DNA of 64,000 nucleotides from an uncultured Microthrixaceae bacterium (GTDB lineage Bacteria; Actinomycetota; Acidimicrobiia; Acidimicrobiales; VFJN01): assembly GCA_963846555.1 (NCBI GenBank), contig CAWJWI010000004.1, positions 902,371 through 966,370 of the forward strand, written 5' to 3'. Below, in pieces: positions 30,395-39,833 of the stretch (position 1 is the first letter of the stretch; the number at the start of each line of letters is the position of its first letter). A program made the position numbers and the translations under genes. The notes beneath the pieces were generated by a model. That model saw nothing but the letters and a program-made list of their open reading frames with translations, ran no database searches and was not told the origin of the DNA.

Positions 30395-32113
30395 CTACAT
30401 CGTCTCGGCGAAGCTGACGTCGCCTTCGCCGCGGAGCACGTTCTTGAGGAGCTTGCCGCTGGCGTTGCGGGGCAGCTTCTCTGCCGAGACCTCCACGTAG
30501 GCGGGCACCTTGAACGCGGCCAGCCCGTCAGCCACCCACTGGCGGACCTCGGCCTCGGTGAGCGTCTCGCCCTCCTCGACCTGGACCACCGCCTTGACCT
30601 CCTCGCCCAGCTCAGGGTGGGGCACCCCGATCACAGCGGCATCGGCGATGTGGGGGTGGTTGACGAGGCGCTGCTCGATCTCGACGCAGTAGATGTTCTC
30701 GCCGCCCCGGATGATCATGTCCTTCTTGCGGTCGGTGATGTACACGAAGCCGTCCTCGTCGACGTGGCCCAGGTCGCCGGTGTGCAGCCACCCGTCGCGG
30801 ATGGCCTCGGCGGTGGCCTCGGGCTTCTTCCAGTACCCGGCCATGAGGATGGGCCCGCTGATGCAGACCTCGCCTGTCTCCCCAGTGAGCACCTCGTTGC
30901 CCTCGGCGTCGACGATCCTCACGTGCACCGTCGGCACGGGCGGACCGACCGACGTGGGCCGATCGATGGCGTCCTGACCGGAGATGACCGTGGCGACCGA
31001 CGAGGTCTCGGTCAGGCCGTAGGCGTTGGAGGTGGAGGCCACGCTGGGGAAGGTGTCCCGGATCATGCGCTGGAGCTCATCGGCCGAGGGAGAGCCGCCG
31101 AAGGCCACGCTCTTGACCGACGACGTGTCGTAGTCGTGGCGGTCCGGGTGCTCGCAGACACGCCACACCATCGTGGGGACTGTGGCCCACACCGTCACGT
31201 CGTGGTCCTGGATGAGCTGGAGGGCGGTCTCCGGGGTGAAGCGGCCCTCCGGCATGACGAGCTTGAGCCCGGCGAGGAGGCCCACGACCAGGGTGGAGTG
31301 GCAGCCCGAGACGTGGAAGAGCGGGGATGTGAACAGGGCCACGTTGGCTCCGCCTCCGGCGTCGGGCAGCGCTCCGCCGCCCGCCATCGAGCCAGCCACC
31401 GCGTTGTACATGGTGTTCTGGAGGTTGGCGATCATGCTTCGGTGGGTGGAGATGGCGCCCTTGGGCCGGCCCGTGGTGCCCGACGTGTAGAAGATGACCG
31501 CCGGGTCGTCCTCGGCGATGTCCTCGGTCACGAACGCGGCCGTGGGGGTGCCGACGAGCTCGCTGAACTCGTGGATGCGGGGGTCGTCGGCCAGGCCCAC
31601 GTCGGCCGCGGTGCAGTCGACCAGGAACACGTGCTCCAGGTCGGGGGCGCTGTCGAGGGAGCCTGCGATGCGCTCGAAGCGCTTCCGGTCGGCGACGAGC
31701 ACCTTGGCCCCGGAGTCCTGCAGGCCGTACTCGATCTCATCGGTGGTCCACCACCCGTTGAGGCCGACGAGCACCGCACCCTGGGAGACGGTGGCCCAGA
31801 AGGCGAGGCACCACTCCGGGTTGTTCTGAGACAGGACCGCGACCCTGTCGCCCTTGGCCAGCCCGAACCGGTCGCGCAGGGCGTGGGCCACACTGTTGGA
31901 CGTCTCCACGAACTCCCCGAACCCGTAGGTGCGATCGCCGTAGACGATGAAGGTCTGGTCGCCTCGCATGAGCCCCACCTCGGCCACGGACCGCAGTGAT
32001 GGCATGCGCTCGGCGTAGACCTCCATGGGGCGTCCGAGCACCTCATCGGTGGTCACCTCGAACATCCCGCCGGGTCCTGTGAGCTGGGCGCGCACCTCGG
32101 CGCTCGTCGGCAT
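30395..32113 (-). CDS. AMP-dependent acyl-CoA synthetase/ligase (FadD-like)
   Basis: AMP-binding motif YTSGTTGRPKGA, plus GDLGHVDEDGFVYITDRKKDMI and PRNASGKLLK. Confidence 0.9.
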   Translation of the reverse strand: MPTSAEVRAQLTGPGGMFEVTTDEVLGRPMEVYAERMPSLRSVAEVGLMRGDQTFIVYGDRTYGFGEFVETSNSVAHALRDRFGLAKGDRVAVLSQNNPEWCLAFWATVSQGAVLVGLNGWWTTDEIEYGLQDSGAKVLVADRKRFERIAGSLDSAPDLEHVFLVDCTAADVGLADDPRIHEFSELVGTPTAAFVTEDIAEDDPAVIFYTSGTTGRPKGAISTHRSMIANLQNTMYNAVAGSMAGGGALPDAGGGANVALFTSPLFHVSGCHSTLVVGLLAGLKLVMPEGRFTPETALQLIQDHDVTVWATVPTMVWRVCEHPDRHDYDTSSVKSVAFGGSPSADELQRMIRDTFPSVASTSNAYGLTETSSVATVISGQDAIDRPTSVGPPVPTVHVRIVDAEGNEVLTGETGEVCISGPILMAGYWKKPEATAEAIRDGWLHTGDLGHVDEDGFVYITDRKKDMIIRGGENIYCVEIEQRLVNHPHIADAAVIGVPHPELGEEVKAVVQVEEGETLTEAEVRQWVADGLAAFKVPAYVEVSAEKLPRNASGKLLKNVLRGEGDVSFAETM

Positions 32114-32146
32114 TGCTTCCCCCTGTGTGTCGATGTGGTGTCGAAC

Positions 32147-33058
32147 CTAGCCAGCCCGGTAAGGCGCCACGGCCGCGAGGATGGCGTCGAGGCGGTCGAG
32201 CTTGCGGGACCCCCGACCGAGCGTGAAGTCGGGGACGATGACCTCATCGAGGCCCACCGCCTGCCAGGCCTCCACGGCCGCGACTACGTCGTCGGTGGTG
32301 CCGGCCACCGCGGCCCGGCCTCCGGTGCCGGCTACGAACGCGTCCGCCTCCGCCCGGTCGTCGGTGAGGCGGATCAGGGCCTGGGCCGACCGGGCGATGG
32401 TGCCGGGGTCGCGTCCGATGGCCTCGCAGCGCCGCTCGAGCAGCGTGGTGCGCTCGGCGATGGCGTCGGCCAGCCCCCACATGTTCCACTCGTCGGCGTG
32501 GCGGGCCACCACGCCCATCATCCGGTCGCCCTTGCCCCCGATGAGCAGCGGCAGAGGCTGCTGCACGGGCTTGGGCTCGGCCACGGCGTCGGTCAGCCCG
32601 TAGTGGGCCCCTCCGAAGGTGGTGCGCTCGTCTCGGAGGAGGCCCTTCAGCACGAAGCAGGCCTCCTCGAAGCGGGCCACGCGCTCGCCGGGCGGCGGGA
32701 GCTCGATGCCGTACTGCTGGTGCTCGTTCTCCTGCCAGCCCGCGCCCACGCCGAGCAGGAGACGGCCGGCGCTGATGTGGTCGACGGTGGCGGCCCAGTT
32801 GGCCAGCACCGCGGGGTGCCGGTAGGTGTTGCCGAGCACGAGCGTGCCGAGGCGGACCCGCTCAGTGGCTGCGGCCAGGCCGGCCAGAGCACCCGTCGCC
32901 TCCAGGTTGGGGGTCGTGTCGGGGCCGAACTCCCCGCCGCTGCCCATGAAGTGGTCGGCCACGTAGATGCCGTCCCATCCCGTCCCTTCGGCGTGCTGGA
33001 CGAGCGCGAGCACGTCACCCCAAGGCTGGGAGAGGTTTGGCCAGACAGAGAAGCGCAT
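32147..33058 (-). CDS. Luciferase-like (LLM class, probably F420-dependent) oxidoreductase
   Basis: MRFSVWPNLSQPWGDVLALVQHAEGTGWDGIYVADHFM... is a typical LLM N-terminus. Confidence 0.8.
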   Translation of the reverse strand: MRFSVWPNLSQPWGDVLALVQHAEGTGWDGIYVADHFMGSGGEFGPDTTPNLEATGALAGLAAATERVRLGTLVLGNTYRHPAVLANWAATVDHISAGRLLLGVGAGWQENEHQQYGIELPPPGERVARFEEACFVLKGLLRDERTTFGGAHYGLTDAVAEPKPVQQPLPLLIGGKGDRMMGVVARHADEWNMWGLADAIAERTTLLERRCEAIGRDPGTIARSAQALIRLTDDRAEADAFVAGTGGRAAVAGTTDDVVAAVEAWQAVGLDEVIVPDFTLGRGSRKLDRLDAILAAVAPYRAG

Positions 33059-33086
33059 GCGGCGACCCTATCGATCGGCCTCGTCG

Positions 33087-34949
33087 TCAGGTGGGGCAGC
33101 TCAGGCAGCGCGTCTTGTGGGTGTGGCCGTCCTGCTCGTGCGGCGGATCGCCACCGCCCGGAGGGTCGTCGCTGACGGCGATGGCGCCGTTGAGGTCGAA
33201 CACCCGCGGCTCGGACCGCGGCCATTCGCCCAGGTTGTAGCGACGACCGCCGTCGACCTTCATGACCATGCCCGTGCCGCCGTTGCCTCGCTCGTCTGGT
33301 CCAGTCGCGTTGGACGCGTAGAACACCTCGACGAAGTCCTTGATGTCGGTCGGGTTCTGGCGCGTCGCGAAGACGAGGGGCGCGGCCGGTCGGCCTCCGG
33401 TGGGGGGGTACCGGAGGGTGCCCTGGACCCAGGTGTCGCGGGTGAGGTTGGGGCCGGCCATGTGGATGCCCCGGAAGAGGGTGCCGATGCGGGCGACGTA
33501 GATGTTGATCAGGACGCCTTCGTCTCCCGGCGGCGTTCCCGGAGCTGCGTGGTGATAGGCCCGCGCTCCGCCGGACTTGGCAACCGTCGCCCAGGTCACC
33601 CAGAGCGGGGAGATGCCGAACGCGTGGCGCCACTGGCTCTGGTCGTAGAGGCGGGCCGCCGACGTGGTGTCGGACAGGCCGGTGCCGATCATCAGCCACT
33701 CCGGGAAGTACAGCTGGTTGGTTGCTTCCTTCGTGATGAGGATCGGGTAGAGGGGATCCCAGACCGGGATGATCGTGGTGACCCCCGCGTTCTTCATCCT
33801 GGCGATCAGAGCCGTCACATCGGCCTGGTTGCGGCCCGGGTCGTAGATGTACCCGACCTGGGCATCGCGGGGGATGTTCACGCCGTAGCGAGCGAGCTCT
33901 CGCAGCATGATGTCGGCCCCGCGTCGACCTTCCGGATCGACCTTCCCCCGCGCTCCCTCGAGGTAGATCAGGCCGAACTTTCGCGTCTTGGTGCGGTAGT
34001 CCTGCACCGGGTTGAGCTCATCTCCGGCGTAGCGCGCCGGCTTGCCGGCGAGACGCTTGCCTACGTACTCGGCGGTCTGGCGGGCGTAGGTGTTGATCGA
34101 CGGCAACGAGCTCCACAGCATCGGGGGCAGCGAGCCGTAGAACTCCTCCGACATCGACGTGCTGCACATGCAGAGGATGTCGCGCTGGGCCAGGTCCCGG
34201 AAGAGCACCGTGGGCATGGGCGCTGCCGGCTCTCCCTCGATCACCGCGAAGGGCTTCTTCGCCGCGATGTTGATGGCGTCGCGCTTCATGGCCTCCTCGT
34301 TCTCCGAGGGGCCGCTCGCGGCGTAGTCGACGAATACGACCTCGCGCCCGTAGGTCTGGAAGTGCTGGTTGGAGTAGCGCCGCAGCACGTCCATGATCTG
34401 CGTGACCTTCGCCGGCGCGTCCGAGAGCTGAGCGCTCTGCAGGATGGCTCGCGTCGCGGGGTCGATGTTGCCGACCCAGCGCACCACCACGATCTTGTCG
34501 TCGGTCACGCCGTTGGCCGTGGCCCCGCCGTTGTCCGTACCAGGGGCCCACTGCACGCAGGGAGGCATGTACTGGCTGATGCCCTTCTGCCGCCCATCGG
34601 CCCGGCAGTCCGGCCCGGTGCCGAACACGGCTCCGCCCGCGGCCGCTGGCGGCTGTTCACCGCCGCCGCCGCCGGCCCCACCGGTCCCGCCGGTCGCGCC
34701 GGTCCCGCCAGACGCCGTGGGGTCGGCGCCCGCCGTGACCGGGTCGCCCGCTCCTGTGGTCAAGGATCCGTCGGACGCGCCGCCCTCGGAGCCGTCCACG
34801 CCGCTCGCCTCTTCCCCCGTAGGGAGGGCGTCGCCGCCGCTGGCCGCCACGCGATCATCCGTCGCGTTGCCCGGCAGGACCGCGATCACGATGATGAGCC
34901 CCAGGATCACCCCCAGCGCCACTCCGTAGCGGTCCATGAACTGACGCAT
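33087..34949 (-). CDS. Atypical large membrane-anchored ABC substrate-binding protein (type I PBP-like)
   Basis: N-terminal TM (VALGVILGLIIVIAVL), a G/A/T-rich linker and a domain of about 480 aa. The gene is divergent from the Liv-type transporter. The family assignment is weak. Confidence 0.6.
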   Translation of the reverse strand: MRQFMDRYGVALGVILGLIIVIAVLPGNATDDRVAASGGDALPTGEEASGVDGSEGGASDGSLTTGAGDPVTAGADPTASGGTGATGGTGGAGGGGGEQPPAAAGGAVFGTGPDCRADGRQKGISQYMPPCVQWAPGTDNGGATANGVTDDKIVVVRWVGNIDPATRAILQSAQLSDAPAKVTQIMDVLRRYSNQHFQTYGREVVFVDYAASGPSENEEAMKRDAINIAAKKPFAVIEGEPAAPMPTVLFRDLAQRDILCMCSTSMSEEFYGSLPPMLWSSLPSINTYARQTAEYVGKRLAGKPARYAGDELNPVQDYRTKTRKFGLIYLEGARGKVDPEGRRGADIMLRELARYGVNIPRDAQVGYIYDPGRNQADVTALIARMKNAGVTTIIPVWDPLYPILITKEATNQLYFPEWLMIGTGLSDTTSAARLYDQSQWRHAFGISPLWVTWATVAKSGGARAYHHAAPGTPPGDEGVLINIYVARIGTLFRGIHMAGPNLTRDTWVQGTLRYPPTGGRPAAPLVFATRQNPTDIKDFVEVFYASNATGPDERGNGGTGMVMKVDGGRRYNLGEWPRSEPRVFDLNGAIAVSDDPPGGGDPPHEQDGHTHKTRCLSCPT

Positions 34950-35053
34950 GGTCAATGCGATCCCCCCAAGGAAGCGTGCCGCGATTTCCCCAATTGCCGC
35001 GAACTGGGGCACTGTAGGGCTACTGGGGGTAACAAGCACATCGGGGGGATGGT

Positions 35054-38000
35054 TTGACGCGAGACGACATCCGGTTCGCGGTGGGATCGGCTCTGGGCGC
35101 GCTCGCGTTCCTGGTGTTCGTGTTCGTGCTGTACCCGGTCCCGATCTCGTCGTTGGTGGTCGGGCTGTTCACCGGCTCGCTCAGCGCCCTCATCGCGGTG
35201 GGGCTCGTACTCGTCTATCGGGCCAACCGCATCGTGAACTTTGCCCAGGGCGAGCTCGGCGGCCTGGCTGCTGTCCTGGCCGCGTCGTTGATCGTCGGAC
35301 CAGGTTGGGGGTTCCTCCCGGCCATGGCCGCCGGGCTGGTGGCCGCACTCGCGCTGGGCGCCCTCATCGAGGTCACCGTGGTGCGGCGCTTCGCCAAGGC
35401 ACCGAGGCTCCTGCTCACCGTGGCCACGATCGGCATCGGTCAGCTGCTGTCGTTCGGCACGCTGGCCTTGCCCAGGCTGTTCGACTACGACGTCGCGCCA
35501 CAACCACCCCGCCCGTTCGGGTCCGTGCGCGTCGAGTGGTTCCCGAACACGTTCACCGGCGGCCATCTCCTCATCGCTCTGGTCGTGCCCTCGGTGTGCG
35601 TCGGTCTGGCCGTCTTCCTGCGCCGCAGTCGGTTCGGCGTCGCCGTCCGAGCCAGCGCGGAGTCGGCCGACCGGGCGTCGCTGCTCGGGATCCCCGTACG
35701 CCGACTCAACACCCTCGTCTGGGTGCTCGCCGCCGGGCTCTCGGGTCTCGCCGTCCTGCTGCGCATGCCCGTCCAGGGCGTGGCCATCGGCCAGACGCTG
35801 GGGCTCTCGCTCCTGCTCCGTGCCCTGGCCGCCGCAGTGATCGGCCGCATGGAGAGCCTGCCGGTGACCTTCGCTGCAGCGCTCGGACTCGGTGTGCTGG
35901 AGCAGGCCGTGTTCTTCGAGACGGGGCGCACGGTCGTGGTCGACGGTGTTCTCTTCGCCGTGATCATCGGAGCGCTGCTGGTCCAGCGGCGCGGTGGTGT
36001 CGAACGTGCTCGCGACCTCGGCGCCTCGACCTGGCAGGCACTGCGCGAGGTCCGGCCGATCCCGCGGGAGCTCCGCCACCTCACCGAGGTCCGCGTGGCC
36101 AAGGGGGTCGGCGCGGTCCTGGTGCTCGGGCTCCTCGTGCTCTACCCGCTGAGGATGCAGGGCGGCGACGTGTTCACGCTCAGCGTCGGGCTCCTCTTCG
36201 GGATGCTCATGCTCTCGCTCGTGATCCTCACCGGCTGGGCGGGGCAGATCAGCCTCGGTCAGCTGGCGCTGGCGGCCATCGGCGCCGCCGTCTCGGCGAC
36301 GCTGTACTTCCAGGGGAAGGACTTCTTCCTGTGCGTCGCTGCCGCTGCGCTCGTGGGCGCCGCGCTGGCGGTGGCCCTCGGGGTGCCGGCGCTCCGGATC
36401 CAGGGTCCGTTCCTCGCCGTGACGACGATGGCGTTCGCGCTCACGACGGGCACGTTCTTCCTCAACCGAGAGTTCTTCGCCTGGCTCGTGCCGGACCCGA
36501 ACCGCCTCTTCCTCCGACCGGTGATCTTCGACAAGTTCGACCTCGAATCGGAGCACACCTTCTACTACGTGGCGCTGGCGGGTCTGCTGCTGACGGTGGC
36601 CTCGGTGAGCCGGATCCAGCGGTCTCGCACCGGTCGCGCCCTGGTCGCCAACCGCGACAACTCGCGCAGCGCCCAGTCGTACGGCATCAACCCGAACCGA
36701 GCCCAGATCAGCGCGTTCGGGCTCTCGGGCGCCATCGCCGGCCTGGCCGGAGGTCTGTACGCCTTTGCCTTCCGCGGCATCTCCGGGACGGTGGTGACGC
36801 CCGAGTCGAACGTTCTGCTCCTGGCCATCGGCGTCATCGGCGGCCTCAGCTCGGTGCCGGGCGCCATGCTCGGCGCGGGGTACATGACGTTCGTGCAGTT
36901 CTCGCCGTTCACCCGCGAGCCGCTCACCAAGTTCCTGGCCAGCGGCGTGGGCCTGCTCGCCATCCTGCTCGTGGCGCCCGGCGGTCTCGGCGGCTTGGCC
37001 TACGACGCTCGGGATCGGCTGCTGCGTCGCCTAGCCCGACGACGGGGGATCGTCGTGCCGAGCCTGGTCGCCGACATCCGCGCCCAAGACGTGCTCGACC
37101 CGAGCGGAGGCGAGGAGGCGCCCGCACCCCTCTCGCTCACGCCAGTGCCCGATGACGCCCTCCTCGTGGTCCGCGACCTCGAGGTGGCGTACGGGAAGAC
37201 GCAGGTGCTCTTCGGGGTCGACTTCCACGTGGGCCGCGGCGAGATGGTGGCCCTCCTCGGCACCAACGGGGCCGGCAAGTCGACGCTGCTGTCCGCCATC
37301 TGCGGGCTGCTCCGCCCGGCGGCCGGCACCATCACCTTCGACGGCCAGGAGATCGGCGGGCACGCCCCGCAGGACACGGTCGCCGCGGGAGTGGTCCTGA
37401 TGCCCGGCGGCAAGGGCGTCTTCCCGACCCTCACGGTCGCCGAGAACCTGCAGCTCGCCGGATGGCTGTTCCGCGACGATCCCGATCACGTCCAGCAGGC
37501 GACCGACCAGGTGCTCGAGTTCTTCCCTGTGCTCCGGGACCGCTGGACCCAGAAGGCCGGCAACCTCTCCGGCGGCGAGCAGCAGATGCTCACCCTCGGC
37601 CAGGCGTTCATCGCCCGGCCCCGCCTCCTGCTCATCGACGAGCTCAGCCTCGGCTTGGCACCGATCGTCGTCGAACAGCTCCTGGGCATCGTCCGAGCCA
37701 TCCACGCCAACGGCACGACGGTCGTTCTGGTCGAGCAGTCGGTCAACGTCGCGGTCACCCTCGCCGAACGAGCCGTGTTCCTCGAGAAGGGTGAGGTGCG
37801 GTTCGACGGCGCCACGAGCGAGCTCCTGCACCACCCCGAGATCCTCCGGGCCGTGTTCCTCCAGGGCGCGACCTCGACGAAGCGCGCTGGCTCGCGTTCG
37901 GCGGCGTCGAGCACCAATGGGCACAGGCCGTTCGTCGCGCACTGCGAGCAGTGCGGCCACGATCATCCGGTCGCGCTCGAGCTGGATGAGATGTCGGTCT

Positions 38001-38741
38001 CGTTCGGCGGGGTGCGGGCCGTCAACCAGGTGGACCTGTCTGTCCACCAGGGCCAGATCCTCGGCATCATCGGGCCCAACGGTGCGGGGAAGACGACGGT
38101 GCTGGACCTCATCTCGGGCTTCGTGACTCCGAGCGGAGGTCGCGTGCACCTGCAGGGGGTCGACGTGACGGACCTGGCGGCCAGCGATCGGGCCGAGCTC
38201 GGCCTGGGCCGCTCCTTCCAGGACGCTCGGCTCTTCCCGTCGATGACCGTGAGGCAGACCATCGCCACCGCCTGCGAGCGGCACGTCGACGTGCGCGATC
38301 CCGTGTCCCCCTTTGTGCTGTCACCGGCTGTGAAGGTCTCGGAACGAGCGGTCGCCGAAGAGGTGGAGGCGCTCGTCGAGCTGATGCGTCTGGAGGCCTA
38401 CGCCGACAAGTTCGTCGGCGAGCTGTCGACCGGCACCCGCCGGGTGGTCGACCTGGCCTGCACGTTGGCCCACCGCCCGTCGGTGCTGCTGCTCGACGAG
38501 CCGTCCTCGGGCATCGCCCAGCGCGAGACCGAGGCGCTCGGACCAGTGCTGCTCGACATCCGCGACAAGACCGGCGCGGCCCTGGTCGTGATCGAGCACG
38601 ACATGCCCTTGATCAGTGGCATCTCGGACGTGCTGCTCGCGCTCGAGCAAGGCTCGGTGGTGGCCTGCGGTCCGCCCGAGGAGGTGCTCCGAGACCCGCG
38701 CGTCGTCGAGGGGTACCTGGGCAAGCACGGAGGAGACGATC
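35054..38741 (+). CDS. Liv-type ABC importer with LivH-like + LivM-like permeases and two ATPase domains fused in one frame (no in-frame stop; the ORF formally runs to 39829)
   Basis: One frame contains two permease domains, then NBD1 ([26 protein letters not shown]) and NBD2 ([25 protein letters not shown]), ending ...DPRVVEGYLG at about 38722. No stop separates any of these domains. Confidence 0.8.
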
Positions 38742-38909
38742 ATGCGGTCGGGGGCGGCCCCCAAGAAGCGCCCCGCCCGCCGGGCTCCGTCCAAGACGGC
38801 GAAGGCGGCCAAGACGGCGAAGGCGACGAAGGCGACGAAGGCGACGAAGGCGACGAAGGCGACGAAGACCGCCAAGACCGCCAAGACCGCCGGGACGGCG
38901 AGCCGATGA
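38742..38909 (+). CDS. Lys/Ala/Thr-rich basic peptide frame (an independent 55-aa ORF, or the true C-terminal tail of the transporter)
   Basis: A GGAGGAG RBS lies 7 nt before the ATG. The peptide is MRSGAAPKKRPARRAPSKTAKAAKTAKATKATKATKATKATKTAKTAKTAGTASR. Nearly every codon ends in G/C, whereas the transporter frame here uses GAA/CAA. The TGA overlaps the next ATG (ATGA). Confidence 0.45.
   Translation: MRSGAAPKKRPARRAPSKTAKAAKTAKATKATKATKATKATKTAKTAKTAGTASR
38792..38899. repeat. 9-bp periodic tandem repeat tract (12 units; 5 perfect GAAGGCGAC at 38819-38863)
   Basis: Read directly from the sequence: CAAGACGGC GAAGGCGGC CAAGACGGC (GAAGGCGAC)x5 GAAGACCGC (CAAGACCGC)x2 CGGGACGGC. Confidence 0.9.
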
Positions 38910-39829
38910 GGTCCGGCCGATGCCGCAGCGCGGCGACCGCCGCCTTGCTTCTCGTCGGCCTGGGCGGCTGGTTGGCGCCCGTCGCCCAAGGCGAGAGCAG
39001 TCCGCCGATCGTGGAGACGGGATGGTGGTCGCGCGACCTGCTCGCCCAGCCCGTGACCAACGGAGGCTTCGCCATCGGGTGGGCCCTCGAGCAGGAGCAG
39101 AGCGCGGCCGCCCTGCGGATCGATCTCAGCGGTGACCTCGCCGGCACCGTGTACCTGGAGCTCGAGGAGATCGGGGGTGCCGCTCCTGACCTGGGGTTGG
39201 CACGCGTATGCGTCACCGATGACACGTGGGGCGCCGCCAACCCTGGTCCCTATGACGCGCTTCCAGCGGCTGACTGCGCGGCGGGGGAGACCGTCGATCT
39301 GGGCCGCGATGCGTCGTCGCTGTCGTGGCTGGGCGACATCACTGCGCTCGTCGCGGCGGCCGAGGGGGACACGCTCTCCCTCGTCGTGCGACCGGTCGGC
39401 AAGCCGCTGGCTGAGGGCGTGCCGGGAACGGCTCCGTTCCAGGTGCAGTTCGACCGGGCGGCGCTGCTCGTCGATCCCGGCTCGACCGGGACGCCCCCGT
39501 CAGGCGCCGACATCCCGCCGGCCGGGCCACCGATCGACGTCGGTGGTGGGTCCTTCGTCGATCCCGGGCTCCCGTCCTCGGACTTCGGCTCGGGGTTCGA
39601 GAGCCCACCCCTGCCTGAGGTGGTGTCGCCTGGAGCAACCACGCCCACGACCGCCGGCCCTACGCCCGACGACCTGGTCGCGCTCGGGCCCGTCGACGTC
39701 ACGCCGTCGGACGGCAAGCCGTGGGTGCGCGTCGTGCTGCTGATCCCGATCAGTGCCGGGATCGGGTTTGCGATGGCGGCGGCGCGGCGCTGGCGGCGGG
39801 AACAGGCCATCGCAGCCGGCCTGGCCTGA
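38906..39829 (+). CDS. Secreted protein with C-terminal TM anchor, unknown function
   Basis: Signal-like MRSGRCRSAATAALLLVGLGGWLAPVAQG, a Pro/Gly-rich region, then VVLLIPISAGIGFAMAAARRWRRE. It is in the same frame as the transporter ORF. Confidence 0.6.
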   Translation: MRSGRCRSAATAALLLVGLGGWLAPVAQGESSPPIVETGWWSRDLLAQPVTNGGFAIGWALEQEQSAAALRIDLSGDLAGTVYLELEEIGGAAPDLGLARVCVTDDTWGAANPGPYDALPAADCAAGETVDLGRDASSLSWLGDITALVAAAEGDTLSLVVRPVGKPLAEGVPGTAPFQVQFDRAALLVDPGSTGTPPSGADIPPAGPPIDVGGGSFVDPGLPSSDFGSGFESPPLPEVVSPGATTPTTAGPTPDDLVALGPVDVTPSDGKPWVRVVLLIPISAGIGFAMAAARRWRREQAIAAGLA

Positions 39830-39833
39830 GCGG

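Noticed and set aside
34948-37155. Alternative-frame 735-aa ORF, and the antisense 534-aa ORF 34952..36556, across the Liv-type transporter.
   Set aside because: Their translations are low-complexity Arg/Gly/Pro strings. The 35054 frame carries the recognisable permease and NBD motifs.
38792-38899. Could the 9-bp repeats, or the 12-bp repeats at 19739-19837, be a CRISPR array?
   Set aside because: The units are contiguous with no spacers and are far too short. They lie inside coding frames, and no cas genes are present.
38321-38989. Minus-strand ORF containing an (AFV)n repeat.
   Set aside because: It is simply the antisense reading of the 9-bp tandem repeat. It has no start context or other support.
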